A stretch of 64,000 bases of DNA. It comes from Balanoglossus misakiensis. Its lineage: Eukaryota; Animalia; Hemichordata. A program made the position numbers and the translations under genes. Shown here in pieces: positions 25,163-38,200 of this stretch (position 1 is the first letter of the stretch; every line of letters starts with the position of its first letter). Location of the stretch: contig CM082597.2 of the NCBI GenBank assembly GCA_040954595.2, forward strand, positions 1,748,422 to 1,812,421. Direction: 5' to 3'. The notes beneath the pieces were generated by a model. The model saw only the letters and a program-made list of their open reading frames with translations, was not told the DNA's origin and made no database searches.

Positions 25163-28100
25163 TTATTTCACCATTTGTATTTCTTGTTCTTTTTTGACGA
25201 TCTCTCCTTGGATTTGCGAGATTCTCTTCATTAAGTTATCTTTCTTCATTGTCAGGCTGGTCATTTGTGCTGTCAATGTGTCAGACTGTACCCCAGGTGT
25301 ACTATCAGCATGTGCAATGCCCTCGCTCACTGATTGGATGTCAGAGAGCACTCTCGCCACCTGGGTGTTTAAGTTGTCCAACTGGGACTCCATCTGATTA
25401 ATCTGCATGTTGAGTAGCTCTTTTGGACTCTTCAGACCTGAAGATGCCTTCTTGACAAGCGGTCTGCAACAGGCAGAGAAATGTGCAGATTTTAACTTCA
25501 GATTTCAAATTCTAATTATGCTATCCTTTTTCTTTTAAACTGATTTCGCCCGTCATATATTCATACTTCTGTCTCTCAATTTCAATTTCACACCTTATTA
25601 TCTCATCATGTTGATTAACTCACCTCCTTGCCGGTTTGTCTTTGGGTTGGTGACCTTTAAGTTCACCCAACCTAGCAGAGACATAGTCGCCTGCCATCTT
25701 AGCTCCACCATGACTAGCCAGGAACTCTCTCAGTCGGGTGTTGGTCGTCTCTTGTTTGAACTCTGCTGAACGCTCATCAATGTTCTGAGTGGAATGGACA
25801 GAAGATGCATAAGCAGTTTGCAAAAATAATGAATAAAACAAGACCTTGTATCTACTTGTACAATCTCTTTGAATAAGAGGGCTATTTGATATTTCTACAG
25901 GGCTGTATAAACCCTGCAACACTGCCCAAGTGGTCAAAATTACACTAAGCAGTCGTCAACTCACCGATGGTCCAAATTCTCCCTGTGCTGGCATCTTGAC
26001 CTTGATATTGACAAGTTCACCAACCACATTGGTCTTATCCTCTGATGTCTTAGTATGCCTGAATGCCGTTTCTAAAGCCGTCTTGCCAGCGGTCAGTGGC
26101 AAGCCTGTCAGCTGACCGGTGGCCGGTGTGCTGCGGGATCTTGCGAAGAACATATCCTGGCATACAATGTTCATAAGCTGCAAAACAAAGCAAAAAATGA
26201 ACAATAACCTCATGTGGCAAAATACGTTTCAGGGCCGTAAAGATTATACAAGCACTGATCTCTGTGTAACAGAAACCCAGCTGATGAACATCAGACCTGT
26301 CCACAGTGGCCAGTCAAGGGACTTACCCAAACTGGCCTTTATAGATAGGTGGCCTGATACATAGGTCAATTAATATAAATTGCACAGGGACCGTAACATA
26401 GTGGCTGCTATAGAGAGGTGGCCACTAACACAGGTTTGAGTTTTATCTAATCTCAAGTGCAGGTGGCAAATCATGGCACAGGAAAAGATAGAACTCCTAC
26501 CTTGAAGAACTCCCTAAGGAAGAGTGGGTTCCTGTCATCGGTCAGATCGCCCACTTTGATGTGAGCTAAGCAATGAATAACAACCATGATAAACTCTCCC
26601 ACTGATTCCAACCTCTCCTGTCGGACAAAGAGGATATTCTGGGCGTGTTGATAGAAGAAGGAATTACGGAACATATTCCGGTCGTAGTTATTCGGCGGAA
26701 GATTGGACGCCAGCAAGAGGGTGACCTCCGGCGTCCGGACAAGGTGTCGCAGCATTCGCATTAGGAAGACACCAAAACGGTAGACGACGAACTGGCTCGG
26801 GGTTATACCATTGATGTCCAGGGGGGTCAGCTCACCGTTGCATAACCACTGGGCATCTCTTATGTCCAGGAATGGATCGGTACCAGAGCCTGGAAAATTT
26901 AATAAAACATTCCCGGTTCAGTAGCTGAACTTACAATTCTACAAACATGTTTTATTTTATCATCTCACTTCTCAAGAACATCAAATGCTTTTCAGAGACC
27001 TCCTCCCACAATTTCTTTTCAATATCTTTGGGTATACTTTTAAATTACAAGCTGCAGAAATCTGTTTTCTCAGAGTAAAAATTTTCAGTTTGTCGATTTA
27101 ACTTTCACCTTCTTACGGCTGATACCGACAATGATTAATCCATGGCAACCATGGTAATTTCATTGATAAAAATAGTATTATAAATAAATAAACAGATATT
27201 AAAAATGAAAATGCAGCATTCAAAATCGTGGCCTTTGGTATTTCTATAAATACTCAGCAACAACGGTCACAAGAAATATACAGAATACTTCAGTCAACTG
27301 AGATTAATGAAAATTATATCTCAACATTCATGGGTATTCATTTTGATTAAAAATACTGCATTCGTTTAAAATGGTACAAAAGACGACAGATGGAAAATGC
27401 AACTTCAATTAATACTTTGCGTGAAGTGCAAACAGGATTAGTGTAATCCGGGTTTTGTCGATGAAAATTGCAACTTTTCAATTATTTTTTTACGTGAGTT
27501 TTATTATCGCGAGTTCCTGGTTAAATTGACTGACTTCAGATGGAGCAAAAATACATCAAGTAAGATGAGATGACAAAGCTTACCGTATACTCCAGATCCA
27601 ACAGCACCATCTCCAGCATTCTTCTTCAGCATGTCTTCCATTTCTGTCAGCTGTTGGTACAACGGGGAATTCATCAGAGCCGTCATCCAGTCATCGCTGA
27701 GCCCTCGAGGAACTCGGTCCTCAAGCCCCTCCTTGCCTTGTCCCTTCTTGTTCCACAGTGAGGGGTCATCAGGTCGCAAGGAGTCGTCATTTGACCTGTT
27801 GAGCTCCGCAGCACCTGGGGAGAGAGATTTGGGATTATCACTGACCAATGAAAAGAAGGGCCAAAACTAGAACTTATACAGTGCACATGAAATATGGCAG
27901 GCAGCAAAGGCAGTCCACTATTTTAATGTGTCGAACGCAAAATTTGCAGAACATTTGGTTTGGATGAATGTTTTTACACACAAATGCACACATGCACATA
28001 AGACAATCATCGGCCTTTAAACATTACTTCAAGGGGAGTATAAGAATCCTTACTCCGTGCTTGTATGACATTCAGTTGATCCATTTCCTGTCTTGCGGCC

Positions 28101-29214
28101 ACCTCTCCAGCACTTCCATGTTCCTGTTCCAACTTGGATAACTCGGCCTGCTTTTTCTTCTTCCGTCTGGCTTCGAGTCGCCTCCTTGTTGCATCCTTCT
28201 GTTTAGTACGCTCTTTCTTCTGTGCCTCATCCCAGGCTTTCATGGCTGCCTCGTGATCTGCAAGGATTTTCTACAAACAGAGAAACGTTTCATTCGTAAA
28301 TTCCTGCTACTGCTGACACACAACACAAGATATTTTTCTAATATTTGGAATAAAGAATTTTAGATTTCATTGATCAAAACCACCATTAACATTGTCTTCC
28401 TGCTTTCCTTTGAAATCCCATGCAATAACTTCCCATCATTACTATTACTTTTTCTTGCCAGAAAGCTAACACTGGATTGATTAACATTGCTTGAAATTAT
28501 GGGTCAATTTGGATGTAGGTCAATCGTCATATCTTCATATATTGCAATCAGTGCCTATTGGGAAAATTTCCTGCGGCTGATGTTGGAATAAATGGTGAAT
28601 ATGAACTCTTATAAATAATGACTTAGACCACATTTGTATAGGCTATCAGCACGTCATGTTCCAATGTTCTTAACAACAAATATTATTTAAGCAACCGTCA
28701 GTCACTGATTATTTAGAAAAAAAGTTAGTCTAAGTGGGGCCTGCCCATAATAAGCTGTTCTAATAGATTAACTGCAGGCCGTATAAGTTTCTTTTGAAAT
28801 CTCAGATCGACTTTGGAAAGAGGTTGTAATGCCCTAAAGCAAAACAAGCGACATTCACTTTGATTGGAGTCACTATATCTCGGTCATATTCAAATGAAAT
28901 GTTGTAATTTGCGTCATATTTCCATTAAAATTCCCATTTGCAATCTTGTAAATTGTCTTGCGCAGACAATGATGGATGAAAGTGTGCATGTACTTTGATT
29001 TGATGGTGAACATTTCAAAGGCCGTATGTTTTCACTAAACCAGAATACTTGAACTCTTCTGTCAGATCGATCACTCCAAAAACTTAATGTTTCAACACAT
29101 AATACATAGCAACTTTATACATATATACATACATACATACATACATACATACATACATACATACATACATACATACATACATACATACATACATACATAC
29201 ATACATACATACAT

Positions 29215-29245
<31 letters not shown>

Positions 29246-32200
29246 GAATACATCGTGTGATCTAAAATACCTTTCTCTTAGCTTCGTCTGTTTCTCCTTC
29301 AAGCTCAGCCTTCAGTCGTTTCTCTCTCTCATTCCTCTGGTGTTCAGCCAGTTTCTCTCTCTCAGTTTCTCTTTCCTTCAGTCTTTCCTCGTCCTTCAGC
29401 CTCTGTCTTTCAATTTCCGCTTCCAGAGCTCTGCGTAAAAAGAGTGCATATAATAACTTCCATGTGTTCAAGATGCAAATTGACGCAGTACATGTATGTA
29501 GGAATAAATTGTTACAATCCAGACCGAAAAAAATGGCTGTGTTAATTTTTGCAGGTAATATATTATTGATAATTATGTTTCCCACATACTCACAAACTAA
29601 TTGCTTCTGTACTGGCTACCTAAACTACTATATTTCACTGAGTAGAGCATGTTGTATGCATATTAATCAATCAATTAATCTTTGTACAGTACAGGGAATC
29701 ACGGGCACGGTTTTATGCCAACGGAAACACTGAAATATTCATGTGTACACAACCCACACAAAATTCAAAATTCCCCTCATCAGCTATCATTCTTCATGAG
29801 GTTATTCATGATCACATCTGTGACGAAACATATGTCTATTATTTGTTGAAGAGACCATTAGGTGTGGACATCTGCCTAATAAGTGCTTCAGATAATGACC
29901 ATTAGGCAATTAACGTAATGGTAAATGATAGGGCCATTAGGTTGGTCTTTTTCTTAATGCACTTTTAATAACACGGAAGTCTGCCTGATCCCAATTTTTG
30001 ACCTATATCTCTTAGCTATTTCTCGTTGACCACTTTAATAATTTTGACATTTCTTTCCCATAGTAATTTACTCCCAATCATCTTACTTGATTTCCTCCTG
30101 CATCTTCCGTTTTCGTTCCGCGTCCTGTTTTCGCTTCTCAGCTTTGATTCGCTCCATCTGCTCGGCCAGCTCCCTCATTTTCGTTTCCCGGAATTTCTTG
30201 GCGTCAGCTGCTGCTTTGTCAGCCTCATCCGTGTATTGTTTGATCATTTCCTGGAAAGGGGGAGCAGAAAACAAAAAATAGTTCATTTGAAAGAGACTTT
30301 TCAATATTATGATTAACAAATCTGAGTCGATTGCCAGGCATTTATCAATCAAACCTAACCTTATCTTTCAAATAATTTATTAGTCAAATCGATTTTACAC
30401 ACAGGCACACACATGTATATTTAACCATTGCAATTCTATTCTCTCTACTGACCTGATGAGACCGTCCAAACTCAAGTATATAAATATATATGCGTTTGAT
30501 TGTGTGTGTGTGTGTGTGTGTGCATATATGTACATGTATGCATATATATAGCAACATAAACAACATACCTCTTCAGCAGGGGACATATCCCTCATAGCAT
30601 CAGCCAGTTCTCTCAGCTGTTTCTCCTTAAGTGCCAGTCTGTCCTGGGCGTGCTTCACATCCAGTGATGGCAAGATGTCCTTCTCTGCTTGCTCTATCTG
30701 CTGTGTCGTGATCTTGTCAAAATCGTTCAATTGTTTCTGCGTTTATAACATAACAGGGTACAGTCATCAGTTACATCTTAGCAATAATCACAGCTGTACA
30801 ATTTTTATATTCAGTTAATATTACAAGTATTACAATATTGAATTTTCACTATTGTTTGACTTGACTACCTTGTGTTGGCGTAGGAGGTCTTCCTTCCTGT
30901 CCGCCAACTCCTCTTCTGTCATGTCACCAGGGTTGGTCAGCAACTCCATCAGCTCTTGCTGTTGTGACCGCAGAAGTTTTTCTCTCTCCGCCTGTCGCTG
31001 GTCGGCCATCTTGGATCTGGCTTCGGCAATGGCCGCCTCTCTGTCGCGCTTCATTTGTTCCTCCTGAAATCCAGACATACGTACAAATATTTCAGTCTGC
31101 ATGCTTGTGTATCAGTTGAGAAGCTGTCTGCCGTCTAAAACTCAGAATACTGGAAGATTCTCTTTTAAACCATACACAGGTTTTTGAGTCGACACCTTAC
31201 CTGGTTGACAGTTTCTTTGAGATGTCTTTGTCGCAGGACACGATAGATCATCTGTTCAACACTTCCTCCGTCATTGTTGTGCTCATCTTTGATTGCTGGT
31301 CGTTCTTTTCCTTTCATCTGCAAATAAAAAATGAAAATATATCACTAGTTATATTAACATAGTGTTTTCCAGAAAACATAGACAATGACTTGTTAACAAA
31401 AGTTTATTGTTTATCCAGGAATAAAATGGACTATCATATTTATCAAAATCTGTTGGTAATTTGCGCATATTTTGTGAGGAAGTAACCAACCTGTTGCTGT
31501 AGTATCTGCTCCCTTTCCATCTGCTGCTTGGCCAATTCCCTGCCCATTTCAGCTTCCCGTTTATCCTTCAAACTTTCCATCTTTCTCTTCCGTCTCTCTT
31601 CCAGTCTGTCTGCAAGTGCAGCTTTCTGCCTTGACTTTTCCTTGTCCATGTTCTTACCCAGTCGTGCCATCTAATGTTAATGCAGAAAATAAATGAGTGA
31701 GTTGCAATGTGTACTTTCATGTGTACTTTCATTGTACATGTAATGACTGGCTGTGAGGGTAACAGCATACTGTAAACCAGGAATTTTTCGCGACAAGAAA
31801 TTTTCATGATACTACTGTATCACTGTTCTTTAAATTTTTTGTGACTATTTATTTTCACATTTTTCTGGCTCTCGAAGTTCGCGAAAATTTATCAACTTCA
31901 ATCCCTACCTCCTTTCTGTGTTCCTCCATCAGTCTCTGATATTCCTCCTCACTCATTTGTTTCCTCTTCAGCAACATCTCCTTCTCAAACTCAGCATCTT
32001 TCTGCGTAATCATCTTCTTCTTTTCACCATCTAGTTCTTCTTCGATTTCCTTTCCGGACTTCTCTCTGTCTGATTCAACATCTTTCTTGATCTTGTCTTC
32101 AGCCTCAAGATGTTTCAGTTCCAACTCAGCCTGTCTCTGAATTTGATTTTCCTGAGAACAAAAAGAATTACAAACATCATATGGCGATTGCTATATAACC

Positions 32201-35200
32201 ATAAGTGGGGCAGGTTTGCTCACTCTTTTCGAAAGATTCTTTGCTGCCATGAAGACTCACATTGATTGCCTTAGAAACAGGACATCATATAATTATCAGA
32301 ACTGCAAGTCAATGAGTACTCTAAAAGCTTTTTTGAACACGCTCTAATATCATTTTTAATATCTTTGACTTGATGAAACATGATATGAAAGTCATTCTCG
32401 ACATTAAGATGGCAAAACTATGGCTTTATTATAAAGTCTTTAAGATCAATTAAATAATTATATTTTTCTTTTAAGCAATTGTATGGATGAAAGTTACCAA
32501 CTAGCTGATAATGTGAAACTGCAGTGGCAATTTTGTAGCAATTATCTCACCAACAACCACTGAGTATCCTGAGTTATCATATACATTTACCGGTAGTGTA
32601 AGAAAAGCACCCATTTCAGCAAAATATGCCTCAACCGCAATGTCTGTAATGGTGAGGCTGAGTCTGCATACAGGAAACGTGGGTGATATGTTTTTTCTTT
32701 AATTCTCTCCCAACATACCTGTAAATTTTTGAGTTTGTTCTGGATTTCTTCAGATTCTAATGAAGCGTTGATGTCATCAATGGCCTTGCCACCTTCTTCA
32801 CCTCCGAGCAGAGCCTTCAAATGAAGACAGTTGTAAAAGTCAAACTCCACAATGCATTTCACTACACACATCCCTATGTACATGTAACTACTGATCACCT
32901 TAATACACACCCATGCTAAACTGTGGAAATTTATATTAAAAGTGAAAACATTGGCACATTGCAAACATATCCAAGCGACCATAGCCCCAAACCAGCATGC
33001 TGTGCAATTAATAGGCAAATGTCTATTTTTTCAAACCATGCTTAACAACCCACAAATAAATACTCACATTACAATAAATTACATTTAAAATAAAACCAAC
33101 CTTAAACCAAAAGACATGCACAATTCTCATTTAAGTTAACTACTGTCACTACTATTTAATGGGGCATGGAATAAGCAAGGCACATTTGAGGGTTAACAAG
33201 TTCCATTTACATAGGGGTGGCGGGGAAGGGGATGGGCAGGTATAAGCAAATTGGGTATTATCAATAAAATCAAACCACATATTAATTACACAAATGCAAA
33301 AGACACTCATTCAAAGGTGTACACTAGCTGTAACTTCAAATTTAAAAATACAGTTGTCAATGTAAAAAATAGATTAGGGGATAAAGTTGCGAGAAGTTAC
33401 CACTAGTGTCTGTGCAACAAATATGTTCAATCATGAGACACTTAAAATTATCCACAGTTATGTTGCTTTTACCATGGCAACCATCCAAAGAAAACGAATA
33501 TGTACATCTTACAAGACAATACAGTAACGATGACATCTTACTCATCAACACACAGAACAAAATGTAACGACAAAAAGCACACATTTGTAGATATACTGAG
33601 AGCTTTACCTTCGGAATCACCTGTACAGACAATCCAAGAATTCGAAGCAGAGGAGAGGGATTTCATTGATGTTAGGATAAAAGCATAGAAACACTTGATT
33701 GATTAGCAAATTGAAAGCGAAGTTGCCCTATTTACACTATTGTGGTTATTTAAGTTTCTTTAAATGGGCTATTCAGTGTTGTTCTATTCATCACTGAAGC
33801 ATGCTATGCAACTTGATGTCAGAGTTCAACTCAGCCTGTACATGGACATACCACATGAAACACTTCCATCATATATTTTTGGCCAGTACCAAAAATTGTC
33901 CAGCAGTGGTTTTATCCATATATAGGATGTAAGCTGAGCTGCGATAACCAATGCTTATGCATATTTCAGTGAAAGAACAACACAATCTATTAAAAGAATG
34001 TAAAATAACCAAAATAATGTCACAATGCTTCCCATGATCCGATGCGCTGCAATGCTTTGTTATTTCTATTCACAAAAAATGTTGCGGCTGAAAATTCTCC
34101 AGCTTTGCGTTAACGGCGCCTTGAACATTTGATATACAGCTGGCATAAGCTTGGCATGTTGAGGGCGATCTGCGATTTGGAAGTACACTCTGGCTGCTTG
34201 GCACCGAGTTTCGTTGACAGCGAGTAGTAGAGCACTAGAGGGCACTGTTACACCAGCAGGTTATTTTCACATGTTTTAACCCACTAGGCTTATCCATTGT
34301 TTCATTTGATACAGCTCTGTAGATGCTTTAAAAGAGACTAGCAAACACACAGATGGAAACTCTGGAAAACATCAAAACTGTTGATCTGCCGCTACTGATC
34401 AACAGAAGTCACGAAACCAGAAAATTTAACTGATGAACCAACTAAAAAGCGACTAAGACCCTACAACCACATACCTGCTGTTTGGTGACATGATTGAGTT
34501 CCTTGTGCATGGCGTCTTCCACCTTCACTTCTTGAGTGAGGCGTTTCCTTGCCGCCAGTTTGGCCATGAGAGCATTCCTCTGCTGGTCGCGCTGTGCGTC
34601 CAGCTTTCCTTGGAGTCTTCCCTTGTTGGCTTCGTATTCTGCCATGATTCTGTCTTTCTCGTCCTGGCTGATGTCACCACTCTCCATGAGTGACTATGTA
34701 ATTTACAACAAGAAAACAGAAATCAACTAAAACTTCAGGACACACTAATAATATGGAACAAACTCTTCTTTTATGTCTCTATATTTAGTGAACTCTGAAA
34801 AATCTGTTTTCCAAAAAGGTCTCAAGTTGTCAATGAGAGTGTTATACATGAAGTACATATACTCATGTTCTTAAACTTACATTCAGTGCATTCAGATGTG
34901 ATTTTCGCTGATCTTCATTTGCGATTTCATCAACCACGCTCAACAAGGCTTGCTCCTCGCGTTTTCTGTCTGCTTCTGCCTGAGCTGTAGTGGCTGTAAT
35001 GAAAATAAATGAATGTAATTAGCCATACAAAGATAATCTTTGGTGCCTTATATCTTAAGAACAAGACAGATATCACTATGAGTCACAGTTTCCTACCTTT
35101 CTTCCTGTCTTTGCGAGCCCTCATCCTGTCTTTCATGTTGTTCTTCAAATCCTTGCTACGTTTGCTTTGCTGTTGAAGTGAAAACAGTGATAATTTGCTT

Positions 35201-38200
35201 TAACTCTCAGAGTTGTGTACACATTTTCACTTGCATAACCTACTGTTATACACTGTTCACTAATATATAAAAACCCGAGTAACTCGATAGTGTTGTTCTG
35301 GTTGCAGACGTGCCCGGTTCAAAGAAGTCCTTTGTGAAGAACTGATTACGTTACTTCTCAAATTCCACACCGTGTTTGATTCTTCAGTGAGGAACAGAAA
35401 TCGACTGTTTAATTTCCTGTTGCCAAAAGGCAAATGCTACACAAGACAGAAACAGGGAGTTCCATTACCGAGGCAACAACATCCAATGCCTCCTTCTCCT
35501 TCTGTTTGTTGGCAGCGTTGAGCGCTCGGATTCTTGCCTCCATGTCTGCGTCCAAATCGTCTCTTCTTAGTTCATCATCAGCAGCCTGGTAGAGAGACGC
35601 AGAGATATGCAAATCAATGTGGGGGATCACAGTGGTTGTGACGTTGCAACAATTGCACTCAAGACTGTGGTGATCTTTGAGACAAACGGGTAACATGTAA
35701 TGGTATCTTTCCACACACCAGTAAGTGCTTGGGTAGTTGTATGAAGGGCACACGTCCATTAGTTAACAGTGTCTAAAGGGTTAACCCCTCCAAGCTGAAT
35801 TCGCAACTGCCTACCTGCTGCATCTCCTGGGCATACTGGGATTGCAACTCAGCCAGCAGTTTCTCCTGCGACTCAGCCAGTTTGCGGAGGTCAGAGTCAA
35901 GATCACCATCAGTTGGATTTGTCATCTCAGGCACATCATTTTCAGTTAGCCCTTCTCTCTTAGCCTCAGCCACTTGTTGCCTGTGACAGAAAACATCAAA
36001 CAGTGAGCACATGCTCAGACAAGTTTTTCTGCCTCTCTATCTCTGTCTGTTTTTCTTCATTACATCTTGATATAAACTGATATGATATCTATCTCCCTGC
36101 AAATTTCTTACCTGTGCAGATCTTCCTTCCGTTTCTTACGCCTGTCTTTCATTTTCTGACGGAGTTTAGCCAGCTGTGCCTGTTTCTCTTCTTCCAACTT
36201 TTCAGACAATCTTTGGACCTGAGGGAAATTGTGTTGATATCTCATTAGAGGAATAGTAAAAACGACTAATCGAGTCCCTTTTGCACTATGACCCCCTAGT
36301 GACTTATAAAGACATTCAGAAGTTTTCTTCCGGACACAGTCAAAGAATTAAACAAAAGTCTATCTAAACAAACAGAGTTTATGAAAGGAACTCTGATGGC
36401 AGTACATACCTGGTCTGCATACTCTGCAATGATTCGTGCTCTTTCTTCATCTGACGTGGCTTTGCTGAGTTTTGCTTTGAGTTCTTTCTGTTTCTCTTTC
36501 AGGCCTTCTTCCTTTTTCTTTTCAGCATCCTAAGGGACAATTCAAAACAGGTTAACATTTGATAACACCTAGCAGAAAAATATCAGAAGTTCATTCTACA
36601 ACTGAGTCACTCCTCCCCCTCCCCGCACATAATTAAAGACACCTCCCTTCTCTCCTCACCTGTATCACAGCATTGATGTCCTTGATCTCATCATTTGACG
36701 TTGCATTTTCCAAGTTGACAATTTCAATGGTGTGTTTCTCAGCCAGAGTCTTGGCCAGTTTGGTCCGCTCAGCGTCGGTCATCAGCGATCCAGGACCTTG
36801 TTGGATTTGCAGTTTGCTCTTCCCATCTATAAGTACAAGGCAGGGATGTCAATTATAAGGTATCCCTAGCCTTTGTAATCAAATCAAATGGGACTTTCCG
36901 AATAAAAATAGTAAACTGAACAGCTATCTTACCTCTGAGTTTACGGTCATCTGAGTCAGGCGAGCTCTGTAGTGGCTGTGATTTGACCTTGTCTCCAGAC
37001 TTGACAACATTCAGCATGTTGATATCACCTCGTACAATGTTACGTCCAAGATCTGGAGAAGTGGCACCCTGAGAAACACACAAGAATAAAAGTCAGAAAC
37101 CTGGGTTTGATGACATCGCACCTCTGCTAAATGATCCACATATTTTTAGTTTTGTTTTACAGAAACAACTACAGCAGGTTGTTCCTCTCATTTCAGTGTA
37201 TTCGAGTTTCCACATCTAAAATATTCAGACTATAAGACTATCAAAAAAAGAATTATAAAGCATTCACTTACAGTTCTGTTGATATTTATGTTGGTATCAC
37301 CCTGACTCTCACCGCCCAACATCAGTGTGAAGTGTGCCCCTCTCTCTAACATGGCCAGCAGTTGTTTCAGAAGTGGTATGATCTCATTGTTGGACGATCC
37401 GGACAGGATGTTTTCTTCGCCATAAACACCTGGGATGGTGGCGTCGTAATCGCCAGCCAGCATGGCTGCGTTGGTGAGTACAACCTAAGTACAGACAGGG
37501 CAAATAACATGAATGTTTCAGAGCTTTGACAACACAGGTTATACACTGAAAATTGAAATGATTTATATAAAACACTATGTTCCGTGAAAGAAATTTTGCA
37601 CTTTTCTTATGGGCAAAATTCTGCCAAAGTACCCTGATTCCTACAGCGAACATCATTCAGCATTCCATAACTTTCCGGGATTTTTCCACTTCAAGGAGTG
37701 CAGATCTTACCTTGGCTTCTAGTGCAAGGAGTTCACACCTCTCCCTAGCATATTCCAACCCGGAATGCTCCTCATCCAGTTGTTCTGATCGTGTCAACAG
37801 TTGGTCTTGTAACTCGCTCTGAAGTCTGGCCTTGGTTTGTTTGTATCTCTGTAGTACTGTGTTCTCTGCGTCGGGATTCATGGCATCCTGATTTCAAATT
37901 TGATGAAATCAAATATATTAGGAAGAAGGAAAAAGAGAAAGTGGCACAAAACTAGTCAGGAAATGCTGCGAATAAACTGTAAAATTCTTTGAACTAGCTG
38001 CATGCTATTTTAGCGAAAATGAAAAACATGACTTGTCTGCTGTACCTGAAGTTCAGCCATTCTGTTCCTGAACTTGGTTTCCTCAGCCTGGAACTTGGTG
38101 AAGAATTTCTTGATGACGTCCACAAACTTGGTGTGTGCTACATGATGGTGATTTTCACCTTCACGTTCTGCTGGGTCACCTGTTAAAGAGAGTTGGATAT

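Noticed and set aside
25785-25830. Apparent broken splice acceptor (TTTTGCAA) suggesting the giant gene is a pseudogene
   Set aside because: A good in-phase acceptor (CTTCTGTCCATTCCACTCAG) lies just downstream, starting the exon at 25784.
29084-29302. ORF with CMYV repeats
   Set aside because: Translation of the (TACA)n microsatellite.
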